Shown piece after piece: positions 1 through 7,155 of a stretch of 40,175 nucleotides of DNA. Position numbers and translations under genes: made by a program. Numbering within the stretch: the stretch's first letter is position 1; the number at the start of each line of letters is the position of its first letter. The DNA is from a virus (lineage: Duplodnaviria > Caudoviricetes): positions 1 through 40,175 of IMG/VR virus record IMGVR_UViG_3300028585_000040, one strand, 5' to 3'. The notes below the pieces were generated by a model. It saw nothing but the letters and a program-made list of their open reading frames with translations, was not told the origin of the DNA and did no database searches.

Positions 1-16
1 TTTGGTACAAGGTGGC
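1..16. repeat. Terminal direct repeat (circularisation overlap), copy 1
   Basis: tttggtacaaggtggc at 1-16 is identical to 40160-40175, and the reading frame continues across the junction. Confidence 0.95.
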
Positions 17-59
17 CGCGAACTATCTCGCGGCGAAGTCCCTGACCCCCGTTTCGTGA
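3..59 (+). CDS. C-terminal end of the SGNH hydrolase that starts at 38734 (wraps the origin)
   Basis: The frame ...DGVHPNTEGRVV|WYKVAANYLAAKSLTPVS* continues from 40159 into position 3 and stops at TGA 57-59. Confidence 0.85.
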   Translation, partial: WYKVAANYLAAKSLTPVS

Positions 60-101
60 AACGACCCCCGCACCCCATCAAGGGGTGCGGGGGTCGTTTT
101 T
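59..101. terminator. Bidirectional intrinsic terminator
   Basis: aaacgacccccgcacccc-atcaa-ggggtgcgggggtcgttttt is a perfect long stem with A/T tails between convergent genes. Confidence 0.9.
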
Positions 102-310
102 CAGTAGGCCCGGTCTATCCAGAGCTGGGTCATGCATACCTCGTTGCAGCAGAACCAACCCTCAACGCGGAAGTTCTTGTTGCGGCTTGTCTCCTTGCCG
201 CAGTGCCCGCACAGGGGGTTGCTGTAGCGGTAGGCGATTCGCTCAATTGGGGTGGTCAGGAGGGTCACGGTTAGACCGTACGGCTTGGGCGGCATTTGAG
301 CAAGCTTCAT
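101..310 (-). CDS. Small Cys-rich protein (69 aa, CxxC...CCxxxC), second gene of the SOS-box operon
   Basis: MKLAQMPPKP...LCGHCGKE...WFCCNEVCM; ATGA overlap with the upstream gene. Confidence 0.7.
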   Translation of the reverse strand: MKLAQMPPKPYGLTVTLLTTPIERIAYRYSNPLCGHCGKETSRNKNFRVEGWFCCNEVCMTQLWIDRAY

Positions 311-597
311 GACAAGAAGTGCCTCGCTGCCCACCATTGGAGGCATGCGAGTGGTCCGTCCCAGGTGGTGTAGGTGGCGTCTCCGTCGTGGATTGTCCAG
401 CCTGTGTGCAGGTTGCGGGTGACGCCGTGGTGTTTGGGGAGTCCGGGTCGGTCGGAGCGTAGGTGGTAGTTGGTGGGGTTGTGGTCTTCGGGGAAGGCTT
501 GGAGTGTCCAGTGGTCGACCCTGTAGTGCTCGATGAGGCGTGAGGTGGGGGCTGGTTTGGGGATGTCCCAGGGTGCCCGCCAGTTGGTGGTTGTCAT
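307..597 (-). CDS. Hypothetical Trp/His-rich protein (96 aa), leaderless, first gene of the SOS-box operon
   Basis: MTTTNWRAPWDIP...WWAARHFLS; -10 TACGAT lies 6 nt before the ATG on the minus strand. Confidence 0.7.
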   Translation of the reverse strand: MTTTNWRAPWDIPKPAPTSRLIEHYRVDHWTLQAFPEDHNPTNYHLRSDRPGLPKHHGVTRNLHTGWTIHDGDATYTTWDGPLACLQWWAARHFLS

Positions 598-617
598 GTG
601 CTGATCGTAGGTCATAC

Positions 618-633
618 TCGAACACACGTTCGA
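618..633. promoter_or_regulatory. LexA (SOS) box, actinobacterial type
   Basis: TCGAAC-acac-GTTCGA exactly matches the TCGAAC-N4-GTTCGA consensus and lies just upstream of -10 TACGAT (604-609, minus strand). Confidence 0.85.
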
Positions 634-663
634 GTGTCGGTGGTGTGAGATTCACTCAGGCCT

Positions 664-819
664 ATGCCAAACACGAACAAGTCTGAGTTCCGGGCGAGAC
701 TGCCCGAAACTTGCACAGCCCTCACTATTGCGGATACCCACAAGTATTCAACCTGTCTACCCCCTGGACACGCGGACAACCACACACCCCAGCCTGACCA
801 CACATCCACCCGCCACTAG
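664..819 (+). CDS. Possible small Cys/His protein (51 aa), divergent from the SOS box
   Basis: MPNTNKSEFRARLPETC...STCLPPGHADNH...; below the ORF-track size cutoff and no clear RBS. Confidence 0.35.
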   Translation: MPNTNKSEFRARLPETCTALTIADTHKYSTCLPPGHADNHTPQPDHTSTRH

Positions 820-917
820 CGACCCCCCAAACAGGGGAATGTGTACCCAACATGGGGGACACAAACTATCCACCACCCAGCCTCGGTCACCCGACCACAC
901 CACCACGAGGGGATCAG

Positions 918-1073
918 ATGAACCATGAACAAGCCACCCAACAAGCCACCCAAACCGGAAGACACGCCACCCGGTTAGGCATCATGCTCACCAACTACGA
1001 CGACCCCGACTGTGGACAACTCATCGCAGAGTGCCTACGCGTCGGAGTCGACGCCGGCACCGTCATCCGGTAA
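918..1073 (+). CDS. Hypothetical protein (51 aa)
   Basis: RBS gagggg before ATG 918; followed by a hairpin. Confidence 0.65.
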   Translation: MNHEQATQQATQTGRHATRLGIMLTNYDDPDCGQLIAECLRVGVDAGTVIR

Positions 1074-1077
1074 CCAA

Positions 1078-1111
1078 GGAGCCCCGCGGAAGATCCAGGA
1101 CGCGGGGCTCC
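1078..1111 (+). terminator. GC-rich hairpin, probable terminator
   Basis: ggagccccgcg / cgcggggctcc 11-bp inverted repeat right after the stop codon. Confidence 0.6.
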
Positions 1112-1118
1112 CCACAAC

Positions 1119-1149
1119 CCACATATGACTACCCAGTCACCACATCTGG
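1119..1149. promoter_or_regulatory. Operator pair (YCA-NATN-TGR), 21 bp apart
   Basis: ccacatatga 1119-1128 and ccacatctgg 1140-1149, followed by -10-like TATGGT. Confidence 0.65.
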
Positions 1150-1237
1150 CGGTATGGTGGCAGAAAGAAAGCCGCACGCAGGTTTGAGCTGCGGCGGCTT
1201 TACCCCACCATTGCTATAGACAACGAGAGGGGCTGCT

Positions 1238-1531
1238 GTGCAGTCTACCGAGAACAAGACCGAATCACGACCTCCCGCCGACGTTCTGCGCCTAATGCGC
1301 GACTACCGGCAGATGCTCCTGGATGACAGCGATGCCTCGTGGCCTGCAGGAGTGGTCGCCGCGGACATCGGCTGGCTTCTCAAGGACACCGAATCCGCCC
1401 TCGCTGCCGAGCGCGACAGGGCCGACCGGGCAGAAGCGCGGATTGCAGGAGCGCCGCATGCAGGAGCGTGCCGTCGAAAGCAAAGCGAGGTATGGCCTTG
1501 CACCTGCTTCAAGTCCGAGGCCACCGCATGA
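1238..1531 (+). CDS. Hypothetical protein with C-terminal H-x3-C...CxC motif
   Basis: RBS gagggg, GTG start; ...AERDRADRAEARIAGAPHAGAC...PCTCFK. Confidence 0.7.
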   Translation: MQSTENKTESRPPADVLRLMRDYRQMLLDDSDASWPAGVVAADIGWLLKDTESALAAERDRADRAEARIAGAPHAGACRRKQSEVWPCTCFKSEATA

Positions 1532-1797
1532 CCGCCCCCACGCCAAGTGCGGACGAGCAGATCGTCGCATCCCTCCGAGACCTGACGCCGGGGTTCGGAA
1601 CCGAGGAAGAAGCAGCCGACCGCATCGAGGCGCTTGCTGCTGCCCTCGCCGCTGTGACCGCTGAACGTGACCAGGCCCGCCAGATGCTCGCGGACGCACC
1701 ACACGCATCCTGCTGCTACATGTCAGGCGCGCCGGGAGGCTTCAGCGACCCCATCTATGAGCGCGTCAATTGCACATGCTGGAAGGCGGGGCTGTGA
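1528..1797 (+). CDS. Hypothetical protein, C-terminus paralogous to 1238-1531
   Basis: ATGA overlap; ...AERDQARQMLADAPHASCC...NCTCWK. Confidence 0.75.
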   Translation: MTAPTPSADEQIVASLRDLTPGFGTEEEAADRIEALAAALAAVTAERDQARQMLADAPHASCCYMSGAPGGFSDPIYERVNCTCWKAGL

Positions 1798-2483
1798 GCA
1801 TGAAGGCGCGAAGCGCAGAGACTAAGGGCGTAGCAGAGAGTGTCTTGCGAGCCGCCGCAAAGCTGAAGAAACGCCCTCTTGACCCGCAGGCACTGCTGAG
1901 TCAGGAAGTCGTCCGCGAATTTATTGAGGTCGGCATCTGCCCCTGGTGCGGAGCGGGACCATTTGGATTGATCGCGAGCCATGTAGTTCGGACTCACGGC
2001 ATTGGCCGCAAGGAACTAAGGGATCGAGCTGGCTTGTTCCACTCCGCCTCGATCACTAGCCCCGAAGTCAGGGCGAAGAACAAGGAACGTGGCCGTCGAC
2101 GTGGTTATCCCGAAGAGGCGCGTAAGGGTCTCGCTGAATGGCGCGCGTCAGGGCCTAAGCGCGTCGAGAGCGAGGCGAGCAAGTCGTTGCGTCAGGGGTT
2201 GGCGCGGGAGGTTAGGAAGCCGGGCAATTCCAACCTAAGCTCCGAACAGAAGCTCGAAGCAGTCGAGCGAATGCGCTCGGCACGTTCTGCATCTACTCAC
2301 GAGAGGGATTTGCATATCAAGCAACTGATCAACGAGACTTCAACGCCCCTCATCGAGATTGCCGCCAGCCTCGGCGTCCACCCTCGAACGCTTAGGCAGG
2401 CAATGAAGCGGCTCGGCATCAACTTTGATGGCCGTTCCCGCCGCGACCATGCTGCCGAACGCCAGGCCCGTCAAGCGCTGTAG
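1794..2483 (+). CDS. Ros/MucR-like zinc-finger protein with C-terminal HTH
   Basis: ICPWCGAGPFGLIASHVVRTHGIGRKELRDRAGL resembles the MucR core; the C-terminus LIEIAASLGVHPRTLRQAMKRLGI is HTH-like; GTGA overlap. Confidence 0.65.
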   Translation: MSMKARSAETKGVAESVLRAAAKLKKRPLDPQALLSQEVVREFIEVGICPWCGAGPFGLIASHVVRTHGIGRKELRDRAGLFHSASITSPEVRAKNKERGRRRGYPEEARKGLAEWRASGPKRVESEASKSLRQGLAREVRKPGNSNLSSEQKLEAVERMRSARSASTHERDLHIKQLINETSTPLIEIAASLGVHPRTLRQAMKRLGINFDGRSRRDHAAERQARQAL

Positions 2484-2809
2484 AAGTCAGGGTCACCGTC
2501 TAGCGCGTCGCTTAGTAGCCGAGCGGCGCGTTTTGACATCGGATGGCCTATAAATTCGTCGGCGCGGTCCCGAAGGGCAAGCTGGCCGGCAGTGATCTGA
2601 TCGTTCAGTTCCGGAGTCTCGTTGTTGGCGAAGTCGAGCATGGTGTTTTCAACCTCACCCACCATCTCGTCTAGTTCGACCGTCATGAAGTAGTTGTAGT
2701 CCTTGAGCACGGCACGAGTCTTGCACGTAGACCGGACTTGAATGCCCTGGGGCCGTGCAACCAGTGGTTGCGGCACACAAATGGAGCATTCGAAGCGCAG
2801 ATCTTCCAC
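2471..2809 (-). CDS. Hypothetical acidic protein next to attP (moron-like)
   Basis: 112-aa ORF with RBS aaggggg; opposite orientation to its neighbours. Confidence 0.6.
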   Translation of the reverse strand: MEDLRFECSICVPQPLVARPQGIQVRSTCKTRAVLKDYNYFMTVELDEMVGEVENTMLDFANNETPELNDQITAGQLALRDRADEFIGHPMSKRAARLLSDALDGDPDFYSA

Positions 2810-2946
2810 AACTGCCCCCTTGTGGGAGATCTCGCGCGGTAAATGAAAACCCCGGCCATGCGAAGCAGAGGGCCGGGGTGTCTAAGAGCACCATTCTCGC
2901 ATAAGATAGAGACATACCCCGCGTCGGTGGCTTGCCACTTACGTCA

Positions 2947-2972
2947 GATGGCCCCTCAGATGAGGGGCCATC
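2947..2972. other. Perfect 12-bp hairpin
   Basis: gatggcccctca-ga-tgaggggccatc. Confidence 0.55.
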
Positions 2973-3034
2973 GCTGTTTCTGCTACTTGGCAACGCCCGC
3001 CGCGGGCGGCAGCGGAGGGCTTCCTAACTCCCAG

Positions 3035-3085
3035 CCAAAAAGTAGGAAGCCCGACCCCTCTATTGGGGTCGGGCTTCACTTTTGG
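3035..3085. terminator. Bidirectional terminator downstream of the attP tRNA half
   Basis: ccaaaaagtag-gaagcccgacccc-tctatt-ggggtcgggcttc-acttttgg; positioned to terminate the reconstituted host tRNA. Confidence 0.8.
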
Positions 3086-3128
3086 CACCTTCGGAGACAC
3101 CCGCGGCTACACGTATATCCCCACTTCC

Positions 3129-3174
3129 GTGCACCCCCTCGGACTTGAACCGAGAACCCACTGATTAAGAGTCA
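3129..3174 (-). mobile_element. attP core = 3' half of tRNA-Lys(CTT)
   Basis: Minus strand tgactCTTaatcagtgggttctcggTTCAAGTccgagggggtgcac gives the anticodon arm, T arm and acceptor 3' strand; the 5' half is absent; ~600 bp upstream of a tyrosine integrase. Confidence 0.9.
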
Positions 3175-3184
3175 AACGGATTCG

Positions 3185-3236
3185 CCACATATGGTTGACA
3201 GCTAGTCGGATCTGAGTGCTAAGCTTCCAAATATGG
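3185..3236 (+). promoter_or_regulatory. Promoter with three operators at 21-bp period
   Basis: TTGACA...TGC-TAAGCT; operators ccacatatgg 3185, tcggatctga 3206, ccaaatatgg 3227. Confidence 0.8.
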
Positions 3237-3325
3237 ACGCACAAGCAGGTGCGAACAGGCCGGGGTGGCTACACCGCCCGGCTACACAGTTTGCAGGAGC
3301 TTGCACCGATGTTTTGGAGAAGAAG

Positions 3326-3529
3326 ATGACCGAGCAGGCAGTATTTGTGCCCACGAACGTCGGTCAGCAGGAAGCGTTCTTTGAAGCACGTGACCGCGTC
3401 TCCGACCTACGGCGTCAACTCGCTTTCGCTGAATGGGAACTGTCCGAGGCTGGAATTGCCTTCCAGCAATACCGCAATGCCCTCCTGACCGCCGCCACAT
3501 TGAGCCACCCCCACGAGGAACACCGATGA
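3326..3529 (+). CDS. Small coiled-coil hypothetical protein (67 aa; a leaderless start at 3233 is also possible)
   Basis: RBS ggag before ATG 3326; MTEQAVFVPT...EARDRVSDLRRQLAFAEWEL. Confidence 0.65.
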   Translation: MTEQAVFVPTNVGQQEAFFEARDRVSDLRRQLAFAEWELSEAGIAFQQYRNALLTAATLSHPHEEHR

Positions 3530-3542
3530 ACCGGAGAAGAAG

Positions 3543-3644
3543 ATGCGAATTGCTCACCTGACTTGCGTCGCTATTGGACATCGATGGGGCGTCTTCCGCT
3601 ATGAGTCACGCGCCATCTGCAAACGCTGCGGACTTCGCGCCTAG
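3543..3644 (+). CDS. DUF1660-like small zinc-binding protein (33 aa)
   Basis: MRIAHLTCVAIGHRWGVFRYESRAICKRCGLRA has the C-x3-GH-x-W...CxRCG pattern; RBS ggag. Confidence 0.65.
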   Translation: MRIAHLTCVAIGHRWGVFRYESRAICKRCGLRA

Positions 3645-3781
3645 CCAACCCCCGAAAGGACACCAGCACCACCATGCACGCCACGAACAGAAGATCAGCC
3701 GAGGTCAGCGTCGACCTCGCCAACGGCAACGCACAGCACGACTAGGAAGACTCAGGAGAACAGAATGACCGGAGCAATCAG

Positions 3782-5029
3782 GTGAGGGGCAACGGTGAGG
3801 GCGGACTGTTCAAGGATGGTCGTGGCCTTTGGACGGCAGTGGTCGAACTTCCCCCGCGTGACGGGAAACGCCGGCGCAAGGTCATCCGCTCCAAGGACAA
3901 GCGCACCGCACTCGCCAAGCTGCAAGCGCTACAGAAGGATCTTGCCCAGACGGGCGACCTGCCGACCGCGAGCATGAAACTTGAGGCGTGGTTGCGGCAC
4001 TGGTTCACCGACATTCAGGCCCCGAGGATCGCGCCTAAGACGATCGCCGTGTACCGGACCATGCTTGAGCGGTACATCATTCCGTCGATTGGGAAGCACC
4101 GCCTGGACAAGTTGTCCGCCGAGCACGTCCGCCAGATGCACCGCTACGTCACCGACCAGGGGCTGTCCCCGACTACCGCGAGCCAGGCACACCGTGTCCT
4201 CTCGATTGCGCTCCGTGACGCCGTACGTGAAGGCCACGCGACCCGAAACATTGCCACCTTTGTCGACGTGCCGAAGAAGGCACGGACCGAGCTGGTCACC
4301 TTGAACGCTGAGCACGGCATCCAGATCATGTCCACCGTCGCCTCCGATCGGCTCGGGTCTCGTGTCGCCGCCGCACTCCTGACTGGTGCGCGTCAGGGTG
4401 AACTCCTCGGGCTCGAGATCGACCGTGTGACCGACGTCCTCGACTTGTCCTGGCAGCTCCAACGGTTCCGCTGGTCCCACGGATGCCAGGACGGCAAGAA
4501 CGGGCCCATCACGTGCGACTGGAAGCAGGGTGCTAAGTGCCCGCAGCGTCACTTGGAAGCACCCTACGACCGTGAGTACCGGCACCTTGAGGGCGGACTG
4601 TGGCTGTCACGCCCGAAGTCACTTGCAGGGTGGCGCAGTGTCCCCCTTGTCGACCCGCTCAAGTCCATCCTCGAGCGGCGAATTGAGGCGTCCCTGTCTG
4701 AGCCGAACCCGCACGGCCTGCTGTGGACGAACCAGGACGGCTCCCCCATCGACCCGAGCGTGGACAGCAAGTCCTGGCACCAGGCACTCGCACGTGCCGG
4801 CGTACCCGACGCCCGCCTCCACGATGCCCGCCACGCCACCGTAGACATGCTCTACGCCGCCAACGTCCGGGAAGCCATCATCCAGGAAATCGTCGGCCAC
4901 TCGACCGCAGCGATGACCCGCAAGTACCGTTCCAAGGGCATCCGTGAAGAGCACCGTGAAGCGATGACCATGATGTCGCAGCAGTTCCTGACCGCGCCTG
5001 CTGGGGAATTGGCTGAGGCCGCCCCGTAG
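3782..5029 (+). CDS. int: Tyrosine integrase
   Basis: N-terminal RGNGEG arm-binding motif; catalytic R (TGARQGE), LHDARH, VGH, Y (TRKY). Confidence 0.97.
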   Translation: MRGNGEGGLFKDGRGLWTAVVELPPRDGKRRRKVIRSKDKRTALAKLQALQKDLAQTGDLPTASMKLEAWLRHWFTDIQAPRIAPKTIAVYRTMLERYIIPSIGKHRLDKLSAEHVRQMHRYVTDQGLSPTTASQAHRVLSIALRDAVREGHATRNIATFVDVPKKARTELVTLNAEHGIQIMSTVASDRLGSRVAAALLTGARQGELLGLEIDRVTDVLDLSWQLQRFRWSHGCQDGKNGPITCDWKQGAKCPQRHLEAPYDREYRHLEGGLWLSRPKSLAGWRSVPLVDPLKSILERRIEASLSEPNPHGLLWTNQDGSPIDPSVDSKSWHQALARAGVPDARLHDARHATVDMLYAANVREAIIQEIVGHSTAAMTRKYRSKGIREEHREAMTMMSQQFLTAPAGELAEAAP

Positions 5030-5086
5030 GACGGCCTCGATACTCCTTCTACCGCTGGTAGGCGAGCTAAGCCGAGTTTAACAGAT

Positions 5087-5119
5087 GCGCCCCACTTCTA
5101 CGGAGGTGGGGCGTTTTCC
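5087..5119 (+). terminator. Intrinsic terminator after int
   Basis: gcgccccacttc-tacg-gaggtggggcg-tttt. Confidence 0.8.
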
Positions 5120-5161
5120 TGTTCACCATATTCATTTGCATTCCGGACGGACTAGCCGCAT

Positions 5162-5192
5162 TCAGATATGACTGCTAAGCTGTCATTTATGC
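5162..5192 (+). promoter_or_regulatory. Leaderless promoter/operator cassette, copy 2
   Basis: tcagatatga-ctgc-TAAGCT-g-tcatttATGc; operators at 5162 and 5183 (21 bp apart). Confidence 0.75.
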
Positions 5193-5482
5193 AGACAAAT
5201 ACTCCACTGTCGGACCACGTTCCGGCCGTGATCCGGGGCCTGATGGCTCGCCGGCAGCTGCGACAGATCGATGCAGCAGCGGCTTCGGGTGTGTCCCAGT
5301 CCCAGCTGTCGAAGATCCTACGCGGCGACAAGCCGCTCACCCTCGCCAACCTTGAAGGCCTGGCCATGGCTCTCGACACGACCGTACTCGAGCTTTGCGC
5401 CGAGGCAGAGAAGGAGGCGGTGTTGCTCCCGGTGCGAATCCGACACTACGAAGACGAGATCAAGAAGGGTGCGCAGCGATGA
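5189..5482 (+). CDS. XRE-family HTH regulator
   Basis: IRGLMARRQLRQIDAAAASGVSQSQLSKILRGDKPLTLANLEGLA; leaderless ATG 7 nt after the -10. Confidence 0.9.
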   Translation: MQTNTPLSDHVPAVIRGLMARRQLRQIDAAAASGVSQSQLSKILRGDKPLTLANLEGLAMALDTTVLELCAEAEKEAVLLPVRIRHYEDEIKKGAQR

Positions 5483-5718
5483 CCGAACTCAAACCCACGC
5501 GCTTGCCCGCACCTTACGGCTACATGGAGGTAAGCGTGCAAAAAGTGACCAGCCCGAGGGACACAACGGTCTGGGAATGGAGGGTCCGCGTTCACGACTC
5601 GGACGAAGGAAAATCAATCTGGACATCGATCGAGTACGAAGAGGCAAGAGCGCGAGCCGTGCTGGCCGCCATCCGCAAGCACAAGGCTCAGATCAAGCGT
5701 GAGGAGGCAGGCGCATGA
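5479..5718 (+). CDS. Hypothetical protein
   Basis: ATGA-coupled at both ends. Confidence 0.7.
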   Translation: MTELKPTRLPAPYGYMEVSVQKVTSPRDTTVWEWRVRVHDSDEGKSIWTSIEYEEARARAVLAAIRKHKAQIKREEAGA

Positions 5719-6023
5719 GTGAACTCGATGCTGAGGCCCGTAAGCAGGCCATCGACCTGGCTTCTCGCTTGAAGATTTCGGATTCGATGATCCTCCTTGC
5801 CCTCCGAAGGACGCTCAAGGCCGAGTATGCCCAGCAGTCCGCTCTCTCCCTTCATGAAGTCGTCTACCTCTCGGAAGATGCCCAATCGATTTGGGACGAA
5901 GCCATAAGGGTCGCCCTCTTCCGCTTTCAGCTGCAGTCCAAGGCGGACATCTGGGATGAGGGTTGGGCGTTCAGCCTTACCGGCCAGGACCCGGCCATGA
6001 ACCCGTACAGGAGCGAAGAGTGA
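5715..6023 (+). CDS. Hypothetical protein (WDEG...NPY motif)
   Basis: RBS gaggagg; coupled; ends KADIWDEGW...NPYRSEE. Confidence 0.75.
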   Translation: MSELDAEARKQAIDLASRLKISDSMILLALRRTLKAEYAQQSALSLHEVVYLSEDAQSIWDEAIRVALFRFQLQSKADIWDEGWAFSLTGQDPAMNPYRSEE

Positions 6024-6322
6024 GCGACCTTGGAACACGGCTGCAGTCCGCGCGTAAAGCTGCGGGCCTGTCTGCGCACGCTTTGGCAGATCTTCTGCCG
6101 GATCACATCACCCGGGCTACCATCACCAATATCGAGACCGGCCGCAAAGAAACCGCTGACGTCTACGAGCTGTCGGCCATCGCCAAAGCCATCGGGTGCT
6201 CGTTTATGTACCTGGTCGGAAACATTGGGGACACGCTTCTCGACGACGCTTACCAACACGGCTACCAGGCAGCACTCCGGGACATCACCGAAGCAGCGAT
6301 TGATCTTGGTGGGCGGCGATGA
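6020..6322 (+). CDS. XRE-family HTH protein
   Basis: LGTRLQSARKAAGLSAHALADLL...ITRATITNIETGRK...ELSAIAKAIG. Confidence 0.9.
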   Translation: MSDLGTRLQSARKAAGLSAHALADLLPDHITRATITNIETGRKETADVYELSAIAKAIGCSFMYLVGNIGDTLLDDAYQHGYQAALRDITEAAIDLGGRR

Positions 6323-6513
6323 GCGACCTTCGCGCAGACCTGCAGCGCATTCTGCCTCACGTCGGCATGAACGTCGAGGACTCACTCGAGGCGTACGTGC
6401 AGCGACAACTGAAGTCCGCCTGGGATTCGGGTTGGGATGCCGGCAACTTCTACGCGATTGATGACTTCAACCGCGGGTACAAGACCAAGAACCCCTACAA
6501 GAGCGAGTCATGA
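6319..6513 (+). CDS. Hypothetical protein (AWDSG...NPY motif)
   Basis: Coupled; ends KSAWDSGWDAG...KNPYKSES. Confidence 0.75.
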   Translation: MSDLRADLQRILPHVGMNVEDSLEAYVQRQLKSAWDSGWDAGNFYAIDDFNRGYKTKNPYKSES

Positions 6514-6740
6514 CCGTCCGGTTTGAGATCGAGACGAAGCTGATCCAGGAAGCGAACGAAGACACATTCGCGATCTACCGGTCGTGGCTGCGGGATCTTC
6601 ACAAGAAGACGGCAGTCATGTTTGAGGGTGTTTCACGAGACGCCGCCAAGGCCGCCGCGGTTCAGGCCGCGCGGGCAATTGTCGCAGCGGAACGCGACAA
6701 GTATTCCTTTGTCTGCAAACGCGACCAGGTGGGGATATGA
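6510..6740 (+). CDS. Hypothetical protein
   Basis: ATGA-coupled 76-aa ORF. Confidence 0.7.
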   Translation: MTVRFEIETKLIQEANEDTFAIYRSWLRDLHKKTAVMFEGVSRDAAKAAAVQAARAIVAAERDKYSFVCKRDQVGI

Positions 6741-6886
6741 GCGGATGGTCTTACGAGTGCCCGTGCGGTTGGAAGGTTTGGAAGTTGGATGCGTCGTTCG
6801 AGGAAGTGATGGGATACGTTTTGGGCCACCAAGATCGGCATTTGGATACGATCGATCTAATGGGAGAGGCGAAGAACCATGTCTGA
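6737..6886 (+). CDS. Small CxC...HxxxH protein (49 aa)
   Basis: MSGWSYECPCGWKVWK...VLGHQDRH...; fills the gap with overlaps at both ends. Confidence 0.6.
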   Translation: MSGWSYECPCGWKVWKLDASFEEVMGYVLGHQDRHLDTIDLMGEAKNHV

Positions 6887-7097
6887 AGCCAACGACTCTG
6901 TTGCACGTGTCTTGCGTGGCATCAAGGCTGAGCAGAAGCTGTCCGTCCGGGTCATCGTCGAGCGAACGGGCATCCCCACGACGACCGTCAACCGGATGCT
7001 GAGCGGCCAGCGGGACATAAAGATCACGCAGCTGTTCAAGCTCGCTGAATGCTTCGGCGTCGAGCTGGCCGACGTCTTCCGGAAAGCAGCCGGCTAG
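6879..7097 (+). CDS. XRE-family HTH regulator
   Basis: LRGIKAEQKLSVRVIVERTGIPTTTVNRMLSGQRDIKITQLFKLAECFGV. Confidence 0.9.
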   Translation: MSEANDSVARVLRGIKAEQKLSVRVIVERTGIPTTTVNRMLSGQRDIKITQLFKLAECFGVELADVFRKAAG

Positions 7098-7111
7098 CGT
7101 CCCGAGCAAAC

Positions 7112-7149
7112 AGAAGGGCCACACCACATCATGTGGTGCGGCCCTTTCT
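7112..7149. terminator. Bidirectional terminator between convergent XRE genes
   Basis: agaagggccacaccaca-tca-tgtggtgcggccctttct. Confidence 0.75.
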
Positions 7150-7155
7150 CATGCC

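Noticed and set aside
1-16. Biological terminal repeats
   Set aside because: The 16-bp repeat falls inside a CDS far from the terminase/cos region; it is an assembly overlap
3129-3174. Functional tRNA-Lys or suppressor tRNA gene
   Set aside because: Only the 3' half is present and the anticodon is CTT, not CTA; it is an att core and cannot explain the TAG at 39154
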